Shown: in pieces, positions 12,101-26,379 of the stretch
Layout: each line of letters opens with the position of its first letter
Position numbering within the stretch: position 1 is the stretch's first letter
Assembly (NCBI GenBank): GCA_964016885.1
Contig: OZ024742.1
Span: forward strand, 165,912,001 to 165,976,000
DNA: 64,000 nucleotides
From: Eledone cirrhosa
Lineage: Eukaryota
Reading direction: 5' to 3'
Position numbers and translations under genes: made by a program
The notes under the pieces: model-generated
Databases searched by the model: none
Seen by the model: the letters and a program-made list of their open reading frames with translations, nothing else
What the model was told of the DNA's origin: nothing

Positions 12101-15100
12101 GGGAGATAATTTGTAAAAAAAATCAAGGGTAGATAATTTCCAGCCGTCCAAGGAGAGATAATTTTTAAAAAAAATCAGGCGGAGATAATTTGTAAAAAAA
12201 AATCAGGGGGTGATAATTTGTAAAAAAAAATCAGGGGGAGATAATTTGTAAAAAAATCAAGGGGAGATAATTTCCAGCCGTCCAAGGGGAGATAATTTCC
12301 AGCCGTCCAAGGGGAGATAATTTTTTTAAAAAAATCAGGCGGAGATAATTTGTAAAAAAAAAATCAGGGGGAGATAATTTGTAAAAAAAAATCAGGGGGA
12401 GATAATTTGTAAAAAAAAATCAGGGGGAGATAATTTGTAAAAAAAATCAAGGGGAGATAATTTCCAGTCGTCCAAGGGAAGATAATTTCCAGCCCTCCAA
12501 GGGGAGATAATTTCCAGCCAAGGGGAGATAATTTGTAAAAAAAATCAGTGGAAGATAATTTTAAAAACAAAATCAAGGGCAGATAATTTCCAGCCGTACA
12601 AGGGGATAATTTGTAAAAAAAATTAGGCGTAGATAATTTGTAAAAAAAAATCAGGGGGAGATAATTTGTAAAAAAAAATCAGGGGGAGATAATTTGTTAA
12701 AAAAATCAAGGGGAGATAATTTGCAGCCGTCCAAGGGGAGATAGTTTTCAGCCGTCCAAGGAGAGGTAATTTCTAGCCGTCCAAGGGGAGATAATTTCCA
12801 GCCGTCCAAGGGGAGATAATTTCCAGCCGTCCAAGGGGAGATAATTTTTTTAAAAAAATCAGGCGGAGATAATTTGTAAAAAAAAATCAGGGGGAGATAA
12901 TTCGTAAAAAAAAATCAGTGGGAGATAATTTGTAAAAAAAAATCAGGGGGAGATAATTTGTAAAAAAAATCATGGGGAGATAATTTCCAGCCGTCCAAGG
13001 GGAGGTAATATCTAGCCGTCCAAGGGGAGATAATTTCCAGCCGTCCAACGGGAGATAATTTCCAGCCGTCCAAGGGGAGATAATTTCCAGCCGTCCAAGA
13101 GGAAATAAATTCCAGCCTCCAAGGAGAGATAATTTCCAGCCAGCCAAGGGGAGATAATTTGTAAAAAAATCAGGGGGAGATAATTTGTAAAAAAAATCAG
13201 GGTGAATTAATTTCCAGCCGTCCAAGGGGAGATAATTTCCAGCCCTCCAAGGGGCTATAATTTCCAGCGTCCAAGGGGAGATAATTTCCAGCCAGCGAAG
13301 GGGAGATAATTTTTTTAAAAAAATCACTGGGAGATTTGTAATAAAAATCAGGGGGAGATAATTTGTAAAAAAAATCAAGGGGAAGATAATTTGTGAAAAA
13401 AAATCAGGGGGTGATAATTTGTAAAAAAAAATCAGGGGGAGATAATTTGTAAAAAAATCAGGGGGAGATAATTTGTAAAAACAAAATCAAGGGCAGATAA
13501 TTTCCAGCTGTCCAAGAGGAGATAATTTCCAGCAGTGCAAGGGGAGATAATTTCCAGCCGTCCAAGGGGAGATAATTTCCATCCTTCCAAGGGGAGATAA
13601 TTTCCGGCCGTCCAAGGGGAGATAATTTGTAAAAAAAATCAGGGGGAGATAATTTGTAAAAAAAAATCAGGGGGAGATAATTTGTAAAAAAAAATCAGGG
13701 GGAGATAATTTGTAAAAAAAATCAAGGGGAGATAATTTCCAGCCGTCCAAGGGGAGATAATTTTCAGCCGTCCAAGGAGAGGTAATTTCTAGCCGTCCAA
13801 GGAGAGATAATTTCCAGCCGTCCAAGGCGAGATAATTTCCAGCCGTCCAAGGGGAGATAATTTTTAAACAAAAAATCAGGCGGAGATAATTTGTAAAAAA
13901 AATCAGGGGAAAATAATTTGTAAAAACAAAATCAAGGGCAGATAAATTCCAGCCGTCCAAGGGGAGATAATTTCCAGCAGTGCAAGGGGAGATAATTTCC
14001 AGCCGTCCAAGGGGAGATAATTTCCATCCTTCCAAGGGGAGATAATTTCCAGCCGTCCAAGGGGAGATAATTTCCCGCCAGCCAAGGAGAGATAATATTT
14101 AAAAAAATCAGGCGGAGATAATTTGTAAAAAAATCAGGGGAAGATAATTTGTAAAAAAATCAGGGGGAGATAATTTGTAAAAAAAAATCAGGGGGAGATA
14201 ATTTGTAAAAAAAATCAGGGGGAGATAATTTGTAAAAAAAAATCAGGGGTAGATAATTTGTAAAAAAAAATCAGGGGGAGATAATTTTTAAAAATAAATC
14301 AGGGGGAGATAATTTGTAAAAAAAAAATCAGGGGGAGATAATTTGTTATAAAAAATCAGGGGGAGATAATTTGTAAAAAAAATTAGGCGTAGATAATTTG
14401 TAAAAAAAATCAGGGGGAGATAATTTGTTAAAAAAATCAAGGGGAGATAATTTGCAGCCGTCCAAGGGGAGATAATTTTCAGCCGTCCAAGGAGAGGTAA
14501 TTTCTAGCCGTCCAAGGGGAGATAATTTCCAGCCGTCCAAAGGGAGATAATTTCCAGCCGTCCAAGGGGAGATAATTTTTTTAAAAAAATCAGGCGGAGA
14601 TAATTTGTAAAAAAAAATCAGGGGGAGATAATTCGTAAAAAAAAATCAGGGGGAGATAATTTGTAAAAAAAAATCAGGGGGAGATAATTTGTAAGAAAAA
14701 TCATGGGGAGATAATTTCCAGCCGTCCAAGGGGAGGTAATTTCCAGCCCTCCAAGGGGCTATAATTTCCAGTGTCCAAGGGGAGATAATTTCCAGCCAGC
14801 GAACGGGAGATAATTTTTTTAAAAAAATCAGGGGGAGATTTGTAAAAAAAATCAGAGGGAGATAATTTGTAAAAAAAATCAAAGGGAGATAATTTCCAGC
14901 CGTTCAAAAATAGAGATAATTTCTAGCCGTCCAAGGGGAGATAATTTCCAGCCAAGGGGAGATAATTTCCAGCCGTGCAAGGGGAGATAATTTCCAGCCG
15001 TCCAAGGGGAGATAATTTCCATCCTTCCAAGGGGAGATAATTTCCAGCAGTCCAAGGGGAGATAATTTTCCGCCAGCCAAGGGAAGATAATTTTTAAAAA

Positions 15101-18100
15101 AATCAGGCGGAGATTGTAAAAAAAATCAGGGGGAGATAATTTGTAAAAAAATCAGGGGGAGATAATTTGTAAAAAAAAAATCAGGGGGAGATAATTTGTA
15201 AAAAAAAATCAGGGGGAGATAATTTGTAAAAAATAATCAGGGGGAGATAATTTGAAAAAAAAATTAGGGGTAGATAATTTGTTAAAAAAATCAGGGGGAG
15301 ATAATTTGTAAAAAAAAATCAGGGGGAGATAATTTGTAAAAAAAATCAAGGGGAGATAATTTGCAGCCGTCCAAGGGGAGATAATTTTCAGCCGTCCAAG
15401 GAGAGGTAATTTCTAGCCGTCCAAGGAGAGATAATTTCCAGCCGTCCAAGGGGAGATAATTTCCAGCCGTCCAAGGGGAGATAATTTTTTTAAAAAAATC
15501 AGGCGGAGATAATTTAAAAAAAAAAATCAGGGGGAGATAATTTGTAAAAAAAAATCAGGGGGAGATAATTTGTAAAAAAAATCAAGGGGAGATAATTTCC
15601 AGCCGTCCAAGGGAAGATAATTTCCAGCCCTCCAAGGGGCTATAATTTCCAGCGTCCAAGGGGAGATAATTTCCCGCCAGCCAAGGGAAGATAATTTTTA
15701 AAAAAATCAGGCGGAGATTGTAAAAAAAATCAGGGGGAGATAATTTGTAAAAAAATCAGGGGGAGATAATTCGTAAAAAAAAAATCAGGGGGAGATAATT
15801 TGTAAAAAAAAATCAGTGGGAGATAATTTGTAAAAAAAATCAGGGGTAGATAATTTGTAAAAAAAAATCAGGGGGAGATAATTTGTAAAAAAAATCAGGG
15901 GGAGATAATTTGTAAAAAAAAATCAGGGGGAGATAATTTGTAAAAAAAATCAAGGGGAGATAATTTGCAGCCGTCCAAGGGGAGATAATTTTCAGCCGTC
16001 CAATGAGAGGTAATTTCTAGCCGTCCAAGGGGAGATAATTTCCAGCCGTCCAAGGGGAGATAATTTCCAGCGTCCAAGGGGAGGTAATATCTATCCGTCC
16101 AAGGGAAGATAATTTCCAGCCGTCCAAGGGGAGATAATTTCCAGCCGTCCAAGGGGAGTTAATATCCAGCCATCCAAGGAGACATATTTTCCAGCCGTCC
16201 AAGGAGAGGTAATTTCTAGCCGTCCAAGGGGAGATAAATTCCAGCCTCCAAGGGGAGGTAATTTCCAGCCAGCCAAGGGGAGATAATTTGTAAAAAAATC
16301 AGGGGGAGATAATTTTCTAAAAAAAATCAGGGGGAGATAATTTGTAAAAAAAAATCAGGGGGAGATAATTTGTAAAAAAAATCAGGGGGAGATAATTTGT
16401 AAAAAAAAATCAGGGGGAGATAATTTGTAAAAAAAATCAAGGGGAGATAATTTCCAGCCGTCCAAGGGGAGATAATTTTCAGCCGTCCAAGGGGAGATAA
16501 TTTCCCGCCAGCCAAGGGGAGATAATATTTAAAAAAATCAGGCGGAGATAATTTGTAAAAAAATCAGGGGGAGATAATTTGTAAAAAAATCAGGGGGAGA
16601 TAATTTGTAAAATAAAAATCAGGCGGAGATAGTTTGTAAAAAAAATCAGGGGGAGATAATTTGTAAAAAAAAATCAGGGGGAGATAATTTGTAAAAAAAA
16701 TCAAGGGGAGATAATTTGCAGCCGTCCAAGGGGAGATAATTTTCAGCCGTCCAAGGAGAGGTAATTTCTAGCCGTCCAAGGGGAGATAATTTCCAGCCGT
16801 CCAAGGGGAGATAATTTCCAGCCGTCCAAGGGGAGATAATTTTTTTTTAAAAATCAGGCGGAGATAATTTGTAAAAAAAAATCAGGGGAAGATAATTTGT
16901 AAAAAAAAATCAGGGGGAGATAATTTTTAAAAAAAATCAAGGGGAGATAATTTCCAGCCCTCCAAGGGGCTATAATTTCCAGCGTCCAAGGGGAGATAAT
17001 TTCCAGCCAGCGAAGGGGAGATAATTTTTTTTTTAAAATCATTGGGAGATTTGTAAAAAAAATCAGTGGGAGATAATTTGTAAAAAAAATCAAGGGGAGA
17101 TAATTTCCAGCCGTCCAAGGGGAGGTAATATCTATCCGTCCAAGGGGAGATAATTTCCAGCCGTCCAAGGGGAGATAATTTCCAGCCGTCCAAGGGGAGA
17201 TAATATCCAGCCGTCCAAGGAGACATATTTTCCAGCCGTCCAAGGAGAGGTAATTTCTAGCCGTCCAAGGGGAGATAAATTCCAGCCTCCAAGGGGAGGT
17301 AATTTCCAGCCAGCCAAGGGGAGATAATTTGTAAAAAAATCAGGGGGAGATAATTTGTAAAAAAAATCAGGGGGAGATAATTTGTAAAAAAAAATCAGGG
17401 GGAGATAATTTGTAAAAAAAATCAGGGGGAGATAATTTGTAAAAAAAAATCAGGGGGAGATAATTTGTAAAAAAAATCAAGGGAAGATAATTTCCAGCCG
17501 TCCAAGGGGAGATAATTTTCAGCCGTCCAAGGGGAGATAATTTCCCGCCAGCCAAGGGAAGATAATATTTAAAAAAATCAGGCGGAGATAATTTGTAAAA
17601 AAAAAATCAGGGGGAGATAATTTGTAAAAAAAAAATCAGGCGGAGATAATTTGTAAAAAAAAATCAGGGGGAGATAATTTGTAAAAAAAAATCAGGGGTA
17701 GATAATTTGTAAAAAAAAATCAGGGGGAGATAATTTGTAAAAAAAATCAAGGGTAGATAATTTCCAGCCGTCCAAGGAGAGATAATTTTTAAAAAAAATC
17801 AGGCGGAGATAATTTGTAAAAAAAAATCAGGGGGTGATAATTTGTAAAAAAAAATCAGGGGGAGATAATTTGTAAAAAAATCAAGGGGAGATAATTTCCA
17901 GCCGTCCAAGGGGAGATAATTTCCAGCCGTCCAAGGGGAGATAATTTTTTTAAAAAAATCAGGCGGAGATAATTTGTAAAAAAAAAATCAGGGGGAGATA
18001 ATTTGTAAAAAAAAATCAGGGGGAGATAATTTGTAAAAAAAAATCAGGGGGAGATAATTTGTAAAAAAAATCAAGGGGAGATAATTTCCAGTCGTCCAAG

Positions 18101-21100
18101 GGAAGATAATTTCCAGCCCTCCAAGGGGAGATAATTTCCAGCCAAGGGGAGATAATTTGTAAAAAAAATCAGTGGAAGATAATTTTAAAAACAAAATCAA
18201 GGGCAGATAATTTCCAGCCGTACAAGGGGATAATTTGTAAAAAAAATTAGGCGTAGATAATTTGTAAAAAAAAATCAGGGGGAGATAATTTGTAAAAAAA
18301 AATCAGGGGGAGATAATTTGTTAAAAAAATCAAGGGGAGATAATTTGCAGCCGTCCAAGGGGAGATAGTTTTCAGCCGTCCAAGGAGAGGTAATTTCTAG
18401 CCGTCCAAGGGGAGATAATTTCCAGCCGTCCAAGGGGAGATAATTTCCAGCCGTCCAAGGGGAGATAATTTTTTTAAAAAAATCAGGCGGAGATAATTTG
18501 TAAAAAAAAATCAGGGGGAGATAATTCGTAAAAAAAAATCAGTGGGAGATAATTTGTAAAAAAAAATCAGGGGGAGATAATTTGTAAAAAAAATCATGGG
18601 GAGATAATTTCCAGCCGTCCAAGGGGAGGTAATATCTAGCCGTCCAAGGGGAGATAATTTCCAGCCGTCCAACGGGAGATAATTTCCAGCCGTCCAAGGG
18701 GAGATAATTTCCAGCCGTCCAAGAGGAAATAAATTCCAGCCTCCAAGGAGAGATAATTTCCAGCCAGCCAAGGGGAGATAATTTGTAAAAAAATCAGGGG
18801 GAGATAATTTGTAAAAAAAATCAGGGTGAATTAATTTCCAGCCGTCCAAGGGGAGATAATTTCCAGCCCTCCAAGGGGCTATAATTTCCAGCGTCCAAGG
18901 GGAGATAATTTCCAGCCAGCGAAGGGGAGATAATTTTTTTAAAAAAATCACTGGGAGATTTGTAATAAAAATCAGGGGGAGATAATTTGTAAAAAAAATC
19001 AAGGGGAAGATAATTTGTGAAAAAAAATCAGGGGGTGATAATTTGTAAAAAAAAATCAGGGGGAGATAATTTGTAAAAAAATCAGGGGGAGATAATTTGT
19101 AAAAACAAAATCAAGGGCAGATAATTTCCAGCTGTCCAAGAGGAGATAATTTCCAGCAGTGCAAGGGGAGATAATTTCCAGCCGTCCAAGGGGAGATAAT
19201 TTCCATCCTTCCAAGGGGAGATAATTTCCGGCCGTCCAAGGGGAGATAATTTGTAAAAAAAATCAGGGGGAGATAATTTGTAAAAAAAAATCAGGGGGAG
19301 ATAATTTGTAAAAAAAAATCAGGGGGAGATAATTTGTAAAAAAAATCAAGGGGAGATAATTTCCAGCCGTCCAAGGGGAGATAATTTTCAGCCGTCCAAG
19401 GAGAGGTAATTTCTAGCCGTCCAAGGAGAGATAATTTCCAGCCGTCCAAGGCGAGATAATTTCCAGCCGTCCAAGGGGAGATAATTTTTAAACAAAAAAT
19501 CAGGCGGAGATAATTTGTAAAAAAAATCAGGGGAAAATAATTTGTAAAAACAAAATCAAGGGCAGATAAATTCCAGCCGTCCAAGGGGAGATAATTTCCA
19601 GCAGTGCAAGGGGAGATAATTTCCAGCCGTCCAAGGGGAGATAATTTCCATCCTTCCAAGGGGAGATAATTTCCAGCCGTCCAAGGGGAGATAATTTCCC
19701 GCCAGCCAAGGAGAGATAATATTTAAAAAAATCAGGCGGAGATAATTTGTAAAAAAATCAGGGGAAGATAATTTGTAAAAAAATCAGGGGGAGATAATTT
19801 GTAAAAAAAAATCAGGGGGAGATAATTTGTAAAAAAAATCAGGGGGAGATAATTTGTAAAAAAAAATCAGGGGTAGATAATTTGTAAAAAAAAATCAGGG
19901 GGAGATAATTTTTAAAAATAAATCAGGGGGAGATAATTTGTAAAAAAAAAATCAGGGGGAGATAATTTGTTATAAAAAATCAGGGGGAGATAATTTGTAA
20001 AAAAAATTAGGCGTAGATAATTTGTAAAAAAAATCAGGGGGAGATAATTTGTTAAAAAAATCAAGGGGAGATAATTTGCAGCCGTCCAAGGGGAGATAAT
20101 TTTCAGCCGTCCAAGGAGAGGTAATTTCTAGCCGTCCAAGGGGAGATAATTTCCAGCCGTCCAAAGGGAGATAATTTCCAGCCGTCCAAGGGGAGATAAT
20201 TTTTTTAAAAAAATCAGGCGGAGATAATTTGTAAAAAAAAATCAGGGGGAGATAATTCGTAAAAAAAAATCAGGGGGAGATAATTTGTAAAAAAAAATCA
20301 GGGGGAGATAATTTGTAAGAAAAATCATGGGGAGATAATTTCCAGCCGTCCAAGGGGAGGTAATTTTCAGCCCTCCAAGGGGCTATAATTTCCAGTGTCC
20401 AAGGGGAGATAATTTCCAGCCAGCGAACGGGAGATAATTTTTTTAAAAAAATCAGGGGGAGATTTGTAAAAAAAATCAGAGGGAGATAATTTGTAAAAAA
20501 AATCAAAGGGAGATAATTTCCAGCCGTTCAAAAATAGAGATAATTTCTAGCCGTCCAAGGGGAGATAATTTCCAGCCAAGGGGAGATAATTTCCAGCCGT
20601 GCAAGGGGAGATAATTTCCAGCCGTCCAAGGGGAGATAATTTCCATCCTTCCAAGGGGAGATAATTTCCAGCAGTCCAAGGGGAGATAATTTTCCGCCAG
20701 CCAAGGGAAGATAATTTTTAAAAAAATCAGGCGGAGATTGTAAAAAAAATCAGGGGGAGATAATTTGTAAAAAAATCAGGGGGAGATAATTTGTAAAAAA
20801 AAAATCAGGGGGAGATAATTTGTAAAAAAAAATCAGGGGGAGATAATTTGTAAAAAATAATCAGGGGGAGATAATTTGAAAAAAAAATTAGGGGTAGATA
20901 ATTTGTTAAAAAAATCAGGGGGAGATAATTTGTAAAAAAAAATCAGGGGGAGATAATTTGTAAAAAAAATCAAGGGGAGATAATTTGCAGCCGTCCAAGG
21001 GGAGATAATTTTCAGCCGTCCAAGGAGAGGTAATTTCTAGCCGTCCAAGGAGAGATAATTTCCAGCCGTCCAAGGGGAGATAATTTCCAGCCGTCCAAGG

Positions 21101-24100
21101 GGAGATAATTTTTTTAAAAAAATCAGGCGGAGATAATTTAAAAAAAAAAATCAGGGGGAGATAATTTGTAAAAAAAAATCAGGGGGAGATAATTTGTAAA
21201 AAAAATCAAGGGGAGATAATTTCCAGCCGTCCAAGGGAAGATAATTTCCAGCCCTCCAAGGGGCTATAATTTCCAGCGTCCAAGGGGAGATAATTTCCCG
21301 CCAGCCAAGGGAAGATAATTTTTAAAAAAATCAGGCGGAGATTGTAAAAAAAATCAGGGGGAGATAATTTGTAAAAAAATCAGGGGGAGATAATTCGTAA
21401 AAAAAAAATCAGGGGGAGATAATTTGTAAAAAAAAATCAGTGGGAGATAATTTGTAAAAAAAATCAGGGGTAGATAATTTGTAAAAAAAAATCAGGGGGA
21501 GATAATTTGTAAAAAAAATCAGGGGGAGATAATTTGTAAAAAAAAATCAGGGGGAGATAATTTGTAAAAAAAATCAAGGGGAGATAATTTGCAGCCGTCC
21601 AAGGGGAGATAATTTTCAGCCGTCCAATGAGAGGTAATTTCTAGCCGTCCAAGGGGAGATAATTTCCAGCCGTCCAAGGGGAGATAATTTCCAGCGTCCA
21701 AGGGGAGGTAATATCTATCCGTCCAAGGGAAGATAATTTCCAGCCGTCCAAGGGGAGATAATTTCCAGCCGTCCAAGGGGAGTTAATATCCAGCCATCCA
21801 AGGAGACATATTTTCCAGCCGTCCAAGGAGAGGTAATTTCTAGCCGTCCAAGGGGAGATAAATTCCAGCCTCCAAGGGGAGGTAATTTCCAGCCAGCCAA
21901 GGGGAGATAATTTGTAAAAAAATCAGGGGGAGATAATTTTCTAAAAAAAATCAGGGGGAGATAATTTGTAAAAAAAAATCAGGGGGAGATAATTTGTAAA
22001 AAAAATCAGGGGGAGATAATTTGTAAAAAAAAATCAGGGGGAGATAATTTGTAAAAAAAATCAAGGGGAGATAATTTCCAGCCGTCCAAGGGGAGATAAT
22101 TTTCAGCCGTCCAAGGGGAGATAATTTCCCGCCAGCCAAGGGAAGATAATATTTAAAAAAATCAGGCGGAGATAATTTGTAAAAAAATCAGGGGGAGATA
22201 ATTTGTAAAAAAATCAGGGGGAGATAATTTGTAAAATAAAAATCAGGCGGAGATAGTTTGTAAAAAAAATCAGGGGGAGATAATTTGTAAAAAAAAATCA
22301 GGGGGAGATAATTTGTAAAAAAAATCAAGGGGAGATAATTTGCAGCCGTCCAAGGGGAGATAATTTTCAGCCGTCCAAGGAGAGGTAATTTCTAGCCGTC
22401 CAAGGGGAGATAATTTCCAGCCGTCCAAGGGGAGATAATTTCCAGCCGTCCAAGGGGAGATAATTTTTTTTTAAAAATCAGGCGGAGATAATTTGTAAAA
22501 AAAAATCAGGGGAAGATAATTTGTAAAAAAAAATCAGGGGGAGATAATTTTTAAAAAAAATCAAGGGGAGATAATTTCCAGCCCTCCAAGGGGCTATAAT
22601 TTCCAGCGTCCAAGGGGAGATAATTTCCAGCCAGCGAAGGGGAGATAATTTTTTTTTTAAAATCATTGGGAGATTTGTAAAAAAAATCAGTGGGAGATAA
22701 TTTGTAAAAAAAATCAAGGGGAGATAATTTCCAGCCGTCCAAGGGGAGGTAATATCTATCCGTCCAAGGGGAGATAATTTCCAGCCGTCCAAGGGGAGAT
22801 AATTTCCAGCCGTCCAAGGGGAGATAATATCCAGCCGTCCAAGGAGACATATTTTCCAGCCGTCCAAGGAGAGGTAATTTCTAGCCGTCCAAGGGGAGAT
22901 AAATTCCAGCCTCCAAGGGGAGGTAATTTCCAGCCAGCCAAGGGGAGATAATTTGTAAAAAAATCAGGGGGAGATAATTTGTAAAAAAAATCAGGGGGAG
23001 ATAATTTGTAAAAAAAAATCAGGGGGAGATAATTTGTAAAAAAAATCAGGGGGAGATAATTTGTAAAAAAAAATCAGGGGGAGATAATTTGTAAAAAAAA
23101 TCAAGGGAAGATAATTTCCAGCCGTCCAAGGGGAGATAATTTTCAGCCGTCCAAGGGGAGATAATTTCCCGCCAGCCAAGGGAAGATAATATTTAAAAAA
23201 ATCAGGCGGAGATAATTTGTAAAAAAAAAATCAGGGGGAGATAATTTGTAAAAAAAAAATCAGGCGGAGATAATTTGTAAAAAAAAATCAGGGGGAGATA
23301 ATTTGTAAAAAAAAATCAGGGGTAGATAATTTGTAAAAAAAAATCAGGGGGAGATAATTTGTAAAAAAAATCAAGGGTAGATAATTTCCAGCCGTCCAAG
23401 GAGAGATAATTTTTAAAAAAAATCAGGCGGAGATAATTTGTAAAAAAAAATCAGGGGGTGATAATTTGTAAAAAAAAATCAGGGGGAGATAATTTGTAAA
23501 AAAATCAAGGGGAGATAATTTCCAGCCGTCCAAGGGGAGATAATTTCCAGCCGTCCAAGGGGAGATAATTTTTTTAAAAAAATCAGGCGGAAATAATTTG
23601 TAAAAAAAAAATCAGGGGGAGATAATTTGTAAAAAAAAATCAGGGGGAGATAATTTGTAAAAAAAAATCAGGGGGAGATAATTTGTAAAAAAAATCAAGG
23701 GGAGATAATTTCCAGTCGTCCAAGGGAAGATAATTTCCAGCCCTCCAAGGGGAGATAATTTCCAGCCAAGGGGAGATAATTTGTAAAAAAAATCAGTGGA
23801 AGATAATTTTAAAAACAAAATCAAGGGCAGATAATTTCCAGCCGTACAAGGGGATAATTTGTAAAAAAAATTAGGCGTAGATAATTTGTAAAAAAAAATC
23901 AGGGGGAGATAATTTGTAAAAAAAAATCAGGGGGAGATAATTTGTTAAAAAAATCAAGGGGAGATAATTTGCAGCCGTCCAAGGGGAGATAGTTTTCAGC
24001 CGTCCAAGGAGAGGTAATTTCTAGCCGTCCAAGGGGAGATAATTTCCAGCCGTCCAAGGGGAGATAATTTCCAGCCGTCCAAGGGGAGATAATTTTTTTA

Positions 24101-25996
24101 AAAAAATCAGGCGGAGATAATTTGTAAAAAAAAATCAGGGGGAGATAATTCGTAAAAAAAAATCAGTGGGAGATAATTTGTAAAAAAAAATCAGGGGGAG
24201 ATAATTTGTAAAAAAAATCATGGGGAGATAATTTCCAGCCGTCCAAGGGGAGGTAATATCTAGCCGTCCAAGGGGAGATAATTTCCAGCCGTCCAACGGG
24301 AGATAATTTCCAGCCGTCCAAGGGGAGATAATTTCCAGCCGTCCAAGAGGAAATAAATTCCAGCCTCCAAGGAGAGATAATTTCCAGCCAGCCAAGGGGA
24401 GATAATTTGTAAAAAAATCAGGGGGAGATAATTTGTAAAAAAAATCAGGGTGAATTAATTTCCAGCCGTCCAAGGGGAGATAATTTCCAGCCCTCCAAGG
24501 GGCTATAATTTCCAGCGTCCAAGGGGAGATAATTTCCAGCCAGCGAAGGGGAGATAATTTTTTTAAAAAAATCACTGGGAGATTTGTAATAAAAATCAGG
24601 GGGAGATAATTTGTAAAAAAAATCAAGGGGAAGATAATTTGTGAAAAAAAATCAGGGGGTGATAATTTGTAAAAAAAAATCAGGGGGAGATAATTTGTAA
24701 AAAAATCAGGGGGAGATAATTTGTAAAAACAAAATCAAGGGCAGATAATTTCCAGCTGTCCAAGAGGAGATAATTTCCAGCAGTGCAAGGGGAGATAATT
24801 TCCAGCCGTCCAAGGGGAGATAATTTCCATCCTTCCAAGGGGAGATAATTTCCGGCCGTCCAAGGGGAGATAATTTGTAAAAAAAATCAGGGGGAGATAA
24901 TTTGTAAAAAAAAATCAGGGGGAGATAATTTGTAAAAAAAAATCAGGGGGAGATAATTTGTAAAAAAAATCAAGGGGAGATAATTTCCAGCCGTCCAAGG
25001 GGAGATAATTTTCAGCCGTCCAAGGAGAGGTAATTTCTAGCCGTCCAAGGAGAGATAATTTCCAGCCGTCCAAGGCGAGATAATTTCCAGCCGTCCAAGG
25101 GGAGATAATTTTTAAACAAAAAATCAGGCGGAGATAATTTGTAAAAAAAATCAGGGGAAAATAATTTGTAAAAACAAAATCAAGGGCAGATAAATTCCAG
25201 CCGTCCAAGGGGAGATAATTTCCAGCAGTGCAAGGGGAGATAATTTCCAGCCGTCCAAGGGGAGATAATTTCCATCCTTCCAAGGGGAGATAATTTCCAG
25301 CCGTCCAAGGGGAGATAATTTCCCGCCAGCCAAGGAGAGATAATATTTAAAAAAATCAGGCGGAGATAATTTGTAAAAAAATCAGGGGAAGATAATTTGT
25401 AAAAAAATCAGGGGGAGATAATTTGTAAAAAAAAATCAGGGGGAGATAATTTGTAAAAAAAATCAGGGGGAGATAATTTGTAAAAAAAAATCAGGGGTAG
25501 ATAATTTGTAAAAAAAAATCAGGGGGAGATAATTTTTAAAAATAAATCAGGGGGAGATAATTTGTAAAAAAAAAATCAGGGGGAGATAATTTGTTATAAA
25601 AAATCAGGGGGAGATAATTTGTAAAAAAAATTAGGCGTAGATAATTTGTAAAAAAAATCAGGGGGAGATAATTTGTTAAAAAAATCAAGGGGAGATAATT
25701 TGCAGCCGTCCAAGGGGAGATAATTTTCAGCCGTCCAAGGAGAGGTAATTTCTAGCCGTCCAAGGGGAGATAATTTCCAGCCGTCCAAAGGGAGATAATT
25801 TCCAGCCGTCCAAGGGGAGATAATTTTTTTAAAAAAATCAGGCGGAGATAATTTGTAAAAAAAAATCAGGGGGAGATAATTCGTAAAAAAAAATCAGGGG
25901 GAGATAATTTGTAAAAAAAAATCAGGGGGAGATAATTTGTAAGAAAAATCATGGGGAGATAATTTCCAGCCGTCCAAGGGGAGGTAATTTTCAGCC
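9113..25996 (+). repeat. Three tandem near-identical copies of the 5,624-bp HOR
   Basis: ORFs repeat at exactly +5624 (10271/15895/21519; 12887/18511/24135; 14346/19970/25594). The rare marker CCGTAC has its GTAC at 12596, 18220 and 23844. Confidence 0.96.
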
Positions 25997-26379
25997 GTCC
26001 AAGGGGAGATAATTTCCCGCCAGCCAAGGGAAGATAATATTTAAAAAAATCAGGCGGAGATAATTTGTAAAAAAAATCAGGGGGAGATAATTTGTAAAAA
26101 AATCAGGGGGAGATAATTTGTAAAAAAAATCAAGGGGAGATAATTTCCAGCCGTCCAAGGGGAGGTAATATCTAGCCGTCCAAGGGGAGATAAATTCCAG
26201 CCGTCCAAGAGGAGATAATTTCCAGCCGTCCAAGGGTAGATAATATCAAGCCGTCCAAGGAGACATATTTTCCAGCCGTCCAAGGAGAGGTAATTTCTAG
26301 CCGTCCAAGGGGAGATGAATTCCAGCCTCCAAGGGGAGATAATTTCCAGCCAGCCAAGGGTGATAATTTGTTAAAAAAA

